From Methanobacteriota archaeon (GTDB taxonomy: Archaea > Thermoplasmatota > Thermoplasmata > RBG-16-68-12), in assembly GCA_005878615.1 (NCBI GenBank), contig VBLT01000105.1, positions 3,414 to 67,413 on the forward strand: DNA of 64,000 bases, written 5' to 3'. The notes below the pieces were generated by a model. It was given only the letters and a program-made list of their open reading frames with translations, was not told the origin of the DNA and did no database searches. The position numbers and the translations under genes are program-made. This document shows, piece by piece, positions 36,452-45,095 of the stretch; the first letter of the stretch is position 1, and the number at the start of each line of letters is the position of its first letter.

Positions 36452-37741
36452 ATGGTCGAGGCTCGTCACATTCCGGTCACTGCCGATGTCCCGAATGAAG
36501 CCGGGAGCAAGACGGCCTCGAAGGCCCCGGTCCACTCGCGTCGGGCTCCTCGTATCGCCCTCTACTCTGAAGGCATGATGGGCTTCGGTCACATCCGGCG
36601 CAACGCGTCGATTGCCCAAGCACTCCGCCGCTCCGCACTCCAGCCTGCGATCGTCATGATTGCGGAGGCCTGGCAGGCGGGGGCGCTGCTCATGCCCGCG
36701 GGGATTGACTGCGTCACCCTTCCCGCCCTCCGAAAGGAAGCCAACGGGGAATACAATCCACGCTTTCTCCTGGACGTCTCAGACGCGGAACTCATCGCCC
36801 TCCGGACCCAGGTGATCCGGAGTGCCATGGAGGTCTTCGAGCCCGATGTGCTGATCGTGGACTACTTGCCGCTCGGGGTGGCCGGTGAATTGACCTCGAC
36901 CCTCGAACACTTGCGGAGTCGCGGGAACACCCACTGCGTCCTCGGACTTCGAGACGTCCTCTACGATCCGGAGACGGTGCGGCGCTCCTGGGCGAACCCC
37001 GCGAACGTGGAGGCGATCCGAAAATACTACGACGCGGTCTGGATCTATGGCGATCCGACCGTCTTCGACCCGGTTCGAGAGTACGAACTCAACGGTCCGA
37101 TCGCGGCGAAGGCGCGGCATGTCGGTTATCTTGACCAGCGCCCGCGGCTCGAGTTTGCGAAAGCCGAGGCCGAACCGTTTGTCACCAATCTTCCGCAGGG
37201 CCGGATCGTGTTGTGCCTCGTCGGAGGGGGCCACGATGGGGGTGCCCTCGGGGAGGCCTTCCTCCAGGCGACGTTGCCGCCCGATGCCACCGGCATCCTG
37301 GTCGCCGGTCCTTTGATGCCCTGGGAGGAGCGGGAGCGGATTCGCCGGCGTGCGGAGGGAAAGTCCCAGATCCGCGTGCTCGACTTCGTGCACGACCCGA
37401 CCCCGCTAATTGAGCGCGCGGATCGGATCATCGCGATGGGCGGCTACAATACGGTTTGCGAGGCCCTCTCCTTCGAGAAGCACGCCCTCATCGTCCCGCG
37501 CGTGAGCCCGGAACCGGAGCAGTGGATCCGGGCGCAGCGCTTTCGGAACCTCGGGCTGGTCGACGTCCTGCATCCCAGCGAACTCGACGCCCGAAAACTG
37601 ACGGAGTGGCTCGCCCGCGATCTGGGTCCGCCCCCCGCGGGCCGCAGCAAGATTGACTTCGAAGGTTTGACCCGCATCCCGGCGTTGGTCGCCGAGCTGT
37701 TGGCCAGCCCTCCGGTCCACGAGGTACCCCTGGCCCCATGA
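36452..37741 (+). CDS. GT-B fold glycosyltransferase (MGT/GT28-like), paralog 1
   Basis: Glycine-rich N-terminal loop GMMGFGHIRR; C-terminal MGGYNTVCEAL nucleotide-sugar motif. Start uncertain (36404 or 36452). Stop overlaps the next start (ATGA). Confidence 0.7.
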   Translation: MVEARHIPVTADVPNEAGSKTASKAPVHSRRAPRIALYSEGMMGFGHIRRNASIAQALRRSALQPAIVMIAEAWQAGALLMPAGIDCVTLPALRKEANGEYNPRFLLDVSDAELIALRTQVIRSAMEVFEPDVLIVDYLPLGVAGELTSTLEHLRSRGNTHCVLGLRDVLYDPETVRRSWANPANVEAIRKYYDAVWIYGDPTVFDPVREYELNGPIAAKARHVGYLDQRPRLEFAKAEAEPFVTNLPQGRIVLCLVGGGHDGGALGEAFLQATLPPDATGILVAGPLMPWEERERIRRRAEGKSQIRVLDFVHDPTPLIERADRIIAMGGYNTVCEALSFEKHALIVPRVSPEPEQWIRAQRFRNLGLVDVLHPSELDARKLTEWLARDLGPPPAGRSKIDFEGLTRIPALVAELLASPPVHEVPLAP

Positions 37742-39006
37742 CGGATCGCCGCGACGATGGGATGCGCACCTGTCTGATGTATGCCCAGGACAGCAAAGGC
37801 ATGGGACACATCGTCCGGAGTGTGACGATCGCCCGCCACATCCTGGCCGCCTTTCCGAAGACCGTCGCGTACTTGGCGACGGAGTCACCGATCGCGGGCG
37901 ACTTCCCGTTGCCGGATCGATGCGACTACGTCAAGCTCCCGATGCGCCTCTCCCTCAACGGCGGCTTCGCGCCCGATCCGGAGGAACTCGAGGCCCGCGA
38001 CCGCTTTCGGGGCGTCCGATCGCGCATCCTGCAGGAGGTGGCCCTGGGCCTGTCGCCCGATCTCGTCCTCGTCGACCACGAGCCTCTCGGGCGAAAGGGA
38101 GAGTTCCGCGACGGCCTCTTCGCGCTGAAGGAGCAGTCCCCGGAGACGAAGTTCGTCTTCGGACTGCGCGACATCATGGACGGCGTCGAGCGAACGCGGA
38201 CGATGTGGGAGCAACTCGGGGTCTACGATGCCCTCGAAAACCTGTACGATGGGATCGCGGTGTACGGGTCCCGCGATCTGTTCGACGTCGCGAAGGCCTA
38301 TGCGATCCCGCCGTCCGTGCGTCCAAAGCTCCACTACTGCGGCTTCGTGATCCGCGAACCGCCGAGGGGCGACCCCACCGCGATCCGACGGGAGCACCGC
38401 CTCCCCGCGGAAGGGCCTCTGGTCGTCGCGACGGTGGGGGGAGGAAGCGACGGGTTCCCGGTGCTCGATGCCACACTCGACGCGGTCGCGAAACTGCAGA
38501 AGGAGCGACCGAATCTCAACGCGATCCTGGTAACCGGACCGTTGATGCCCTCGGGCTTTCAGGATCGCTTGAGGGCGAGGGCACCGCGGAGGTGCCGGGT
38601 CATCTCGCGCGCGGACAACTTTCAACTCATGGCAGCGGCCGACGCGATCGTCAGCATGGGGGGCTACAACAGCGTCTGCGAGGCCCTATCTCTCGGTCGA
38701 CCCCTCGTGATCGTACCGCGGGCCACGCACAAGATCGAGCAGCAGATTCGAGCGGAGACGCTCGCGGCGCGCGGGCTCGCCCAATGGGTCCACCCGAAGG
38801 AACTGGACGGGGCACGTCTCGCCGAGGCCCTCCGGTGGGCCTTGGCCCGCGATCCGGACGCTCACGGGCGGCTCGTCCGTTCGTTGATTCCATCGTTCGA
38901 CGGGGCGGCCCGTCTCACGGAGTATCTCGCCCGGTGGCTTCGGCCTCTCGAAGACCGGGAACGTACGCCGCTCGAGATCCCGCCGCTCGCGGAGGGTTCC
39001 GCATGA
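37738..39006 (+). CDS. GT-B fold glycosyltransferase (MGT/GT28-like), paralog 2
   Basis: SKGMGHIVRS N-loop; MGGYNSVCEAL motif. Clearly paralogous to the preceding gene. ATGA overlap at both ends. Confidence 0.75.
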   Translation: MTDRRDDGMRTCLMYAQDSKGMGHIVRSVTIARHILAAFPKTVAYLATESPIAGDFPLPDRCDYVKLPMRLSLNGGFAPDPEELEARDRFRGVRSRILQEVALGLSPDLVLVDHEPLGRKGEFRDGLFALKEQSPETKFVFGLRDIMDGVERTRTMWEQLGVYDALENLYDGIAVYGSRDLFDVAKAYAIPPSVRPKLHYCGFVIREPPRGDPTAIRREHRLPAEGPLVVATVGGGSDGFPVLDATLDAVAKLQKERPNLNAILVTGPLMPSGFQDRLRARAPRRCRVISRADNFQLMAAADAIVSMGGYNSVCEALSLGRPLVIVPRATHKIEQQIRAETLAARGLAQWVHPKELDGARLAEALRWALARDPDAHGRLVRSLIPSFDGAARLTEYLARWLRPLEDRERTPLEIPPLAEGSA

Positions 39007-39983
39007 CCCCGGCCCCGATTGCTCTGGCGCCCGACGAGACTGAGGCGGTCCTCGCGGGAGCCCTCCACGAATTGGAAGGGTACGACGCGAAGCTCGAGAC
39101 CTGGACCTCGGATACGCAGTTCACGGAATACGGCAAGCGGAGGGTCGTGCGCTTCGACCTCCAAGCCGAGGTGGGTGGGATCCCGCAGCATCGACGTTAC
39201 CAGTGGCTGGGGAAATTCTACGATCGAGACGAAGACGCCCGTCGGGTCGCGGCGGTCCTTCAACAGGTCGCGTCCTCGGACGGTGGGAAAAAGGCCGGCG
39301 TGGCCGTCCCGAGCGTCCTCGGATATCACGCGCGGCGGCGCCTCCTGTTGCTGACGTACGAGCCGGGGGAGGCCGTCACGTACGCGCTGGCCAGGGACCG
39401 CGAGGCGATCCTGACCGCGATCGGACGCACCTTGGCGACGCTGCATGGGCTGCCGATCGCCCCGAACCGAATCCACTCTCCGAACTTGGTCCTCGAAGAC
39501 CTTCGGCCGAGGGTGGGGGACCTTTGCCGGCGGTTCCCGACCGAGGCGAAGTCGTTACGGAGCGCTTTGCGGGCCCTCGAGCGCGATGCGGCCTCGGTCG
39601 CGTCCCCGACGTTCGTGCACGGCGACTTCGGCCCGGCGAATCTCCTATGGAGGGACGGACGCATCGTCGTCTTGGATTTCGACAAGTGCGCTCGAGGAGA
39701 TCCCGCCTTCGACCTTGGAAACCTGTTCGCGCAATTGTTTCGGATGTCGATCAAGAAACCGAAGAATATCCCCGACCTCGCGATCGCCTTGACCACGGTC
39801 CTCGATGCCTACCGACGTTCGTCCCGACCAGACCCTGAGTTGGAAGCCCGGGTCGCCTGGTACGAGCGGGCGACGCTCCTCCGTAAGATTCACGGCCTCA
39901 TCTTCAGCAAAAACCGATCGCAAGAGCCGGAGGCGGTCCAACAACGGCACACGGAAGCCGTCCAACTGTTGAGGTTGGCATAG
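39003..39983 (+). CDS. APH/ChoK/Kdo-kinase-like phosphotransferase, paralog 1
   Basis: 326 aa. Brenner motif FVHGDFGPANLL; metal-binding VLDFD. In frame within listed ORF 37920..39983; ATG at 39003 overlaps the GT2 stop. Confidence 0.7.
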   Translation: MTPAPIALAPDETEAVLAGALHELEGYDAKLETWTSDTQFTEYGKRRVVRFDLQAEVGGIPQHRRYQWLGKFYDRDEDARRVAAVLQQVASSDGGKKAGVAVPSVLGYHARRRLLLLTYEPGEAVTYALARDREAILTAIGRTLATLHGLPIAPNRIHSPNLVLEDLRPRVGDLCRRFPTEAKSLRSALRALERDAASVASPTFVHGDFGPANLLWRDGRIVVLDFDKCARGDPAFDLGNLFAQLFRMSIKKPKNIPDLAIALTTVLDAYRRSSRPDPELEARVAWYERATLLRKIHGLIFSKNRSQEPEAVQQRHTEAVQLLRLA

Positions 39984-39985
39984 TC

Positions 39986-41473
39986 GTGGACGAAAGCGAT
40001 TCGGTTCGGTCCGCAGCGGCCGGGATGGGCCCCCGGTCAACGAGCCCTGGCGCCGATCCCACCCTTTCCAGTCCGCCGCGCATTCGGGCCGACTCGGACG
40101 GCTATCCCATCGACTCCGCGTTCCCGGAATTGCCCGTCGCCACGGATTGCGGTCAGATGCTCGGGGTGTTCCGCGAGCACCTGGAGCCTCTCGCGGGGAA
40201 GGCGATCGAGATCCGTTCCTGCCGGCCGTTCCGCTTCCGATGCCACCAGTCCGACTCCCGGTCCGTGCTCCAGTACACCCTGCACGTCGCGGACCGAGCG
40301 ACCGGACGTGAGTGGGACCAGTGGGTCACCGGGCTCCTGTACGCGGAGAACGCCAAGGCGGAGCAGCTCTGGAAGGAACTCCAAGACGAGGACCCCTCCG
40401 GCGAAATCCCGGAGCGCTGGCGCTCGTTTCGACCGATCGCCTTCGTCCCTGACCTTCGGATGATCGTGGAGGTGTTCCCGTACGATCGAAAACTCCGGAA
40501 CCTGCGGCGCGTCATGGGCATGGAGAGGGGCCTCCTCGAGTCTGTCGCGCGGGAGCGGCTCGGCCCCGGGTCCTGGTATCTCGACTTCCCGACGATCCGG
40601 CCGACGCGATATCGGACCGAGCTGGGGGCCACACTCCGGTACACGGTCCGGGCCCGCGAATTGAAATCAAATCGGCTGGAAACCGTCCGGCTTTATCTCA
40701 AAGTCTATCGGGAGCGAAATCAACGCGGCGCGGAGACGTTCCAAACGCTCCGCGCGATTCGAGACAAGGTGAGGCGCTCGCCGGCCGCCTATGCGGTCGT
40801 GGAGCCGATCGCCTATCTGAAGGACGTCCGGACCCTGATCCTCGCCGAGGCCCCGGGGCAGTCCTTGACGCACTTCCTCCGACGCGTCTCCGATCCGGCC
40901 GACGCCATGCGACGCGTGGCGAGGGCGCTCGCGGAGTTCAACCAAGACGACCTGCCGTTCTCCCGAAGTCTATCGCTGGCCGACCGCCTCAGCCTGGTTC
41001 GCCGATCCTCCGACCTGCTTGAGTGGGCTTGCCCCGAACGGAAGGCGACCGTCCAATCGCTTGCCGAGAAGGTCCTCCGAGAATCGGAGGAGGTGCCCTC
41101 CTCCCCTATCCACGGAGACATGAAGCCCGACCACGTCTTCCTGGACGACGACTCCATCACGTTCATCGATTTCGACTCGATCGTCCTCGGCGATCCGCTC
41201 TACGACCCGTCCCATTTGTTCGCCTACCTTGTCGGCGGAGCTCGTACCGAGTCCTATCGGAAGTCGGTCGAGGGCCGAGCCGCGGAGACGTTCGTCAAGG
41301 AGTATTTCCGGCTCGTGCCGGCCGCCTGGGAGCCCCGCTTCCCGATCGCTGCGGCCGGAGCACTCCTCGAGGTCGGCTGCAGCATCTTCCGAAGGCACGA
41401 GCCCGGCTGGCGCGAGCAGCTCCGTCGGGTCGTCGGATATGGCGAGGAGGTCCTCTCCGAAGGAGGCCTGTGA
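39986..41473 (+). CDS. APH/ePK-like phosphotransferase, paralog 2 (longer N-terminal region)
   Basis: IHGDMKPDHVF catalytic loop (HRDLKPEN-like, with N replaced by H); FIDFD metal-binding motif. GTG start 2 nt after the previous stop. Confidence 0.65.
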   Translation: MDESDSVRSAAAGMGPRSTSPGADPTLSSPPRIRADSDGYPIDSAFPELPVATDCGQMLGVFREHLEPLAGKAIEIRSCRPFRFRCHQSDSRSVLQYTLHVADRATGREWDQWVTGLLYAENAKAEQLWKELQDEDPSGEIPERWRSFRPIAFVPDLRMIVEVFPYDRKLRNLRRVMGMERGLLESVARERLGPGSWYLDFPTIRPTRYRTELGATLRYTVRARELKSNRLETVRLYLKVYRERNQRGAETFQTLRAIRDKVRRSPAAYAVVEPIAYLKDVRTLILAEAPGQSLTHFLRRVSDPADAMRRVARALAEFNQDDLPFSRSLSLADRLSLVRRSSDLLEWACPERKATVQSLAEKVLRESEEVPSSPIHGDMKPDHVFLDDDSITFIDFDSIVLGDPLYDPSHLFAYLVGGARTESYRKSVEGRAAETFVKEYFRLVPAAWEPRFPIAAAGALLEVGCSIFRRHEPGWREQLRRVVGYGEEVLSEGGL

Positions 41474-41476
41474 TCG

Positions 41477-42616
41477 ATGGAGCCGAACTTCGAGCTTCCG
41501 GACGATATCTCCCCCACCGGGCCATGGCGATCCGCCCCGCCGATGACGGACGATCCCGCGCTGCCCGCGTTGGAGATCCTCCGGGACACGGGTCTCGCGG
41601 ACGCCTTCCCGGAGCTGCGTCTCGGGGACATACCACCGGACCTCCGTCTCTGCAACTATGTCCCGGGGTCCCGTGCGACGTTTGAAATTCGGGCGGGGGA
41701 CCGCCGGTTCGCGGTCAAGATGTACGTGGACGATCCGAGCTCTGAAGTTCAGTTGTATCGGAAGTTGGCCCGCCTCGGGCTCTCGAAAGATTTCGGGGCT
41801 CGGGCGCCGCGCCTGCTGGCATGGGATCCCGAGCTCAAGATGATCGTCACCAGCTGGCTCGACGGGCCCACGGTGGCCCACTTGGTCAAGGAAGGGCACG
41901 GGGCCCGCGGGGGGACGCTCGCGGCCCAGTGGCTCTGGCATGCGACGAGGCGCCGGGTCAGGTTGGGTCCTCCCCGAGGGCGAACCCACGCGCTCTATCA
42001 GGCGGGCCTCGCCGCTGGCGCCCTGAGCGCAGTCGATTCGAATCTCGGCGCCGCCGCCAAAGCGGTGGCCAAAGTCCTCGTCCAGACAAAGATCCGGGAG
42101 CAATCGCCGAACTTGGTCCACGGCACGCTGTATGCTCGTCACATCTTCGACCTCGGCGACGGTCCTGGGGTCATTGATTGGCAGCAATTCGGGCAGGGCC
42201 CCGTCGAAGTCGATGCGGGGATGTTCCTCGCCACGATTTCTCGAATCGGTCTGCGCCAAGAATCCGTGGCTCGGGAGGCGACGCGGGCGAAGGAGGTGTT
42301 CCTCGAAAAGACCGAACACCTGTTGGACCTGCACGCCTTGTCCTGGTATTGGGCGGCGGGCCTCCTCCATCGGGCCGCGAGCGGCTTGAGGACCGGGAGG
42401 AAAGAGAAGCCGTCTGCGGATGCGGAGGCGCTCGTCGAAGAAGCGGCGGCACACGCCCGGGCGGCGGAAAGGGATCGTTCGGGCGACGCGAAGGAGCCAC
42501 GAGCCTCCCTCGTGCGAATCCGTTCCCTGTTCCACCGGACGGTCGCGCTAGACCCGGCAAACCCAGGGGACGTCGTGTCACCCGCGCCCGAAAGCAGCGG
42601 GGATCGGAGGGACTAA
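41477..42616 (+). CDS. APH-like kinase-fold protein with degenerate catalytic loop (predicted pseudokinase)
   Basis: VHGTLYARHIF in place of HGDxxxxN (catalytic Asp replaced by Thr); VIDWQQF in place of DFD. Overall length and layout parallel paralogs 1 and 2. Confidence 0.55.
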   Translation: MEPNFELPDDISPTGPWRSAPPMTDDPALPALEILRDTGLADAFPELRLGDIPPDLRLCNYVPGSRATFEIRAGDRRFAVKMYVDDPSSEVQLYRKLARLGLSKDFGARAPRLLAWDPELKMIVTSWLDGPTVAHLVKEGHGARGGTLAAQWLWHATRRRVRLGPPRGRTHALYQAGLAAGALSAVDSNLGAAAKAVAKVLVQTKIREQSPNLVHGTLYARHIFDLGDGPGVIDWQQFGQGPVEVDAGMFLATISRIGLRQESVAREATRAKEVFLEKTEHLLDLHALSWYWAAGLLHRAASGLRTGRKEKPSADAEALVEEAAAHARAAERDRSGDAKEPRASLVRIRSLFHRTVALDPANPGDVVSPAPESSGDRRD

Positions 42617-44680
42617 GTGGAGCCGACGGTGGCGAAGTTCGAGGGCGCGGCCGAGCCCGCGGTCGCCGTCGGACGCAGCGCGACGAAGGTCAAGCGCATC
42701 CTCCAGTCCGCCGGGCTCGGATTGGTCGTGCAGCACTGGATTGCCCTCGAGACCCGGGCGATCCCCTCCCTGTTCATCCTCATTGCCCAAGCATTTCCCT
42801 CCTTGGCGTTCCTGGTTTCGTTCCTTTCCGATCGGATCCGCTTCTATTGGCTGCTCATCGTCTTCCTCGTCGTGTATCTTCTTTGGAGGACCCGGAAGCA
42901 TCAGTTGGAGCCGAAGCAGAAGGCCACCCTTCGCCGGATCCTGTCCTACCTGAAACCGCACTGGCCGTACGTGGCAGCGCTCTCGACCGCCATCGTCGCC
43001 GCCGCGGCCCTCGACTTGGCCCAGCCGTGGATCATCGCGATTCTCCTGGTCGGCGAGGTGCTCCTGAAATCCAATCTAGGGTTCCTGCCGCTCGTCGTCG
43101 GCCTGCTCGTGGGCACTTTCGTCGTCAAGGAGATCGCCTCGTTCTTCAAGGACTACCTGTCGGAGGTCCTCAGCCAGAAGACGGTTCATCGACTCCGAAC
43201 CGACCTGTACCAGACCGTCGAGCTCCTCCCGGTGACCTACCTCGATTCGTCCCGGACGGGGGAGATGATCTCCCGGGTCGTCAGCGACACGAACGAGGTC
43301 GAGAAGGTCCTGAGCGACGACATGGCGAACTTGATCTCGAACGCGGTCACCGTGTCGGGGGCGATCGTCCTCCTATTCGTCGTCGACTTCAACCTCGCCC
43401 TTTTCGTGGCGCCGTTCGCGGCCGTCATGGTCATCGTCGTGAACTTGTTCAAGAAGCGAATCAAGCAGGCCTCCCGGAGGATCCGCGAGGCGGTCGCGGA
43501 ATTGACGGCCAAGGCGTTCGAGGTCGTCTCCGGCCTGCGGATTGTGAAGAGTTTCGTGATGGAGCACCACGAGGCGAACGCCTTCCGCGAACGTTCCTTC
43601 GCCATCTCCAAGGCTCGGGTGCGCCTCGCTCGTCTGGCGGGCGCCTACGGTTCGACGGTGGACTTCCTCACCCTCTGCGCCCTCGTGGCCGTCGTCTGGG
43701 TCGGCGCGCCCGCCGTCGTCTCCCGCGGGCTGAGTTTGGCGGCGTTCATCGCCTTCCTGAGCTACATGGACAAGATGTTCAAACCGCTCGTCCTGCTGAG
43801 CAAGGTCAATCTCACCTTCCAAAAGGTGAGCGCGGCGGGCGACAGGATATTCGAACTGATGGACTCGGAGGTCGAGGTCCTGGAAACGCCGGACGCCTTG
43901 GTCCCGACGACCACGGAGGGCCGGATCGAGTTCGATCACGTGACGTTCGGGTACCGCCCGAATCACAACGTCCTCGAGGACTTCTCCCTCGTCATCGAGC
44001 CGGGCGAGACGGTCGCGGTCGTCGGGTCGAGCGGCACCGGGAAATCGACCGTCGTCAACCTCCTCCTCCGGTTCTACCAGCCGGCCTCCGGTCGAATCCT
44101 GATCGACGACTATCCGGTGGACCGGCTGAATCTGAAAAGCCTCCGCGGCATGATCGGTCTCGTGCTCCAGGAGCCGGTCCTGTTCTCCGGCACGATCCGG
44201 GAGAATATCCTCTATGGGGATCCGGAGGCCTCGGACGAGGACGTCGTGCGGGCCGCTCGACTCGCGAATGCGCACGACTTCATCGCGGGTTTGCCCAAAA
44301 GTTACGAGACCGAAATCGGCGAGCGCGGCGTAACCCTGTCCGTGGGGCAGCGGCAGCGGATTGCGATCGCCCGCGCGCTCCTCAAGGACCCGAAGATTCT
44401 GATCCTTGACGAGGCGACCTCGAACATCGACTCCGAGTCCGAGTCCCTGATCCAGGACGCCCTACGACGATTGACGGGGCAGAGGACGATGATCGTGATC
44501 GGTCACCGCCTCTCCTCGATCATGGATGCGGACCGGATTGTCGTCCTCGAGGATGGGGGCATCGCCGAGGTGGGAACCCACGAGGACCTGCTCGGCAAGA
44601 GGGGCGTGTACAGTCGCCTGTATGAAGCCCAGATCGCGCGTGGGACGTCCGACGGGGAGACTCGCGACGAGTTGCTCTAA
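42617..44680 (+). CDS. ABC exporter, fused TMD-NBD (MsbA/type I exporter-like) with extra N-terminal membrane segment
   Basis: Walker A GSSGTGKST; Q-loop; signature LSVGQRQR; Walker B ILILDEAT; H-loop IGHRL. Six-helix TMD plus ~100-aa N-terminal hydrophobic extension. GTG start abuts the upstream stop. Confidence 0.85.
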   Translation: MEPTVAKFEGAAEPAVAVGRSATKVKRILQSAGLGLVVQHWIALETRAIPSLFILIAQAFPSLAFLVSFLSDRIRFYWLLIVFLVVYLLWRTRKHQLEPKQKATLRRILSYLKPHWPYVAALSTAIVAAAALDLAQPWIIAILLVGEVLLKSNLGFLPLVVGLLVGTFVVKEIASFFKDYLSEVLSQKTVHRLRTDLYQTVELLPVTYLDSSRTGEMISRVVSDTNEVEKVLSDDMANLISNAVTVSGAIVLLFVVDFNLALFVAPFAAVMVIVVNLFKKRIKQASRRIREAVAELTAKAFEVVSGLRIVKSFVMEHHEANAFRERSFAISKARVRLARLAGAYGSTVDFLTLCALVAVVWVGAPAVVSRGLSLAAFIAFLSYMDKMFKPLVLLSKVNLTFQKVSAAGDRIFELMDSEVEVLETPDALVPTTTEGRIEFDHVTFGYRPNHNVLEDFSLVIEPGETVAVVGSSGTGKSTVVNLLLRFYQPASGRILIDDYPVDRLNLKSLRGMIGLVLQEPVLFSGTIRENILYGDPEASDEDVVRAARLANAHDFIAGLPKSYETEIGERGVTLSVGQRQRIAIARALLKDPKILILDEATSNIDSESESLIQDALRRLTGQRTMIVIGHRLSSIMDADRIVVLEDGGIAEVGTHEDLLGKRGVYSRLYEAQIARGTSDGETRDELL

Positions 44681-45095
44681 CCGCAGGACTGAACAACCGT
44701 GTCCCAGGGGAGAGACAATTTCGTACACCGATTCGCGCGAATTCGACAGCCGTCAAAACACAACGGTGACACATGTGGCCCCAGTTGTGGCCAAACCGAT
44801 TGCACCTGACAGCGCCCCGGCGACGAGGCCTTGATACGCCCCAGTCCGTACGGTTCGGGAATCCGTGCGGGGGAAGGCGGTGACAACGCCCGGAGGCGGA
44901 GAACCAGGATCGCCTTGGAAGAGGCAGACGCCACTCCGGCCGCGAGCCCGATGGCGCGGACGGGTCGATCGTCCGCTCCACCCTCCGATGATGAAGACCC
45001 GCGTCGGCTACGGTCCCCAGCAAGCCGCCCGGAGCCGGCGTCACCGTCACCCTCTCGATCCGGAAGGCGAGTTGCTCGAGGAGCTCCGGAAAACG

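Noticed and set aside
36223-36578. Small ORFs 36223..36450 and 36306..36578 inside the AT-rich leader region
   Set aside because: Their composition is not protein-like and they have no motifs. They overlap the probable promoter/5' UTR and the GT1 start.
37920-39983. 687-aa ORF spanning GT2 and kinase 1
   Set aside because: The upstream 361 aa are an off-frame read-through of GT2 (Arg/Gly/Pro-rich). The real kinase gene starts at ATG 39003, overlapping the GT2 stop.
39003-42616. APH-like kinases as 5-methylthioribose kinases (MtnK), prompted by the eIF2B-like/MtnA-type isomerase elsewhere in the window
   Set aside because: The isomerase is 27 kb away in a different operon. The three kinases are embedded between glycosyltransferases and an exporter, and their catalytic loops do not look MtnK-like to me. 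A methionine-salvage role is unlikely.
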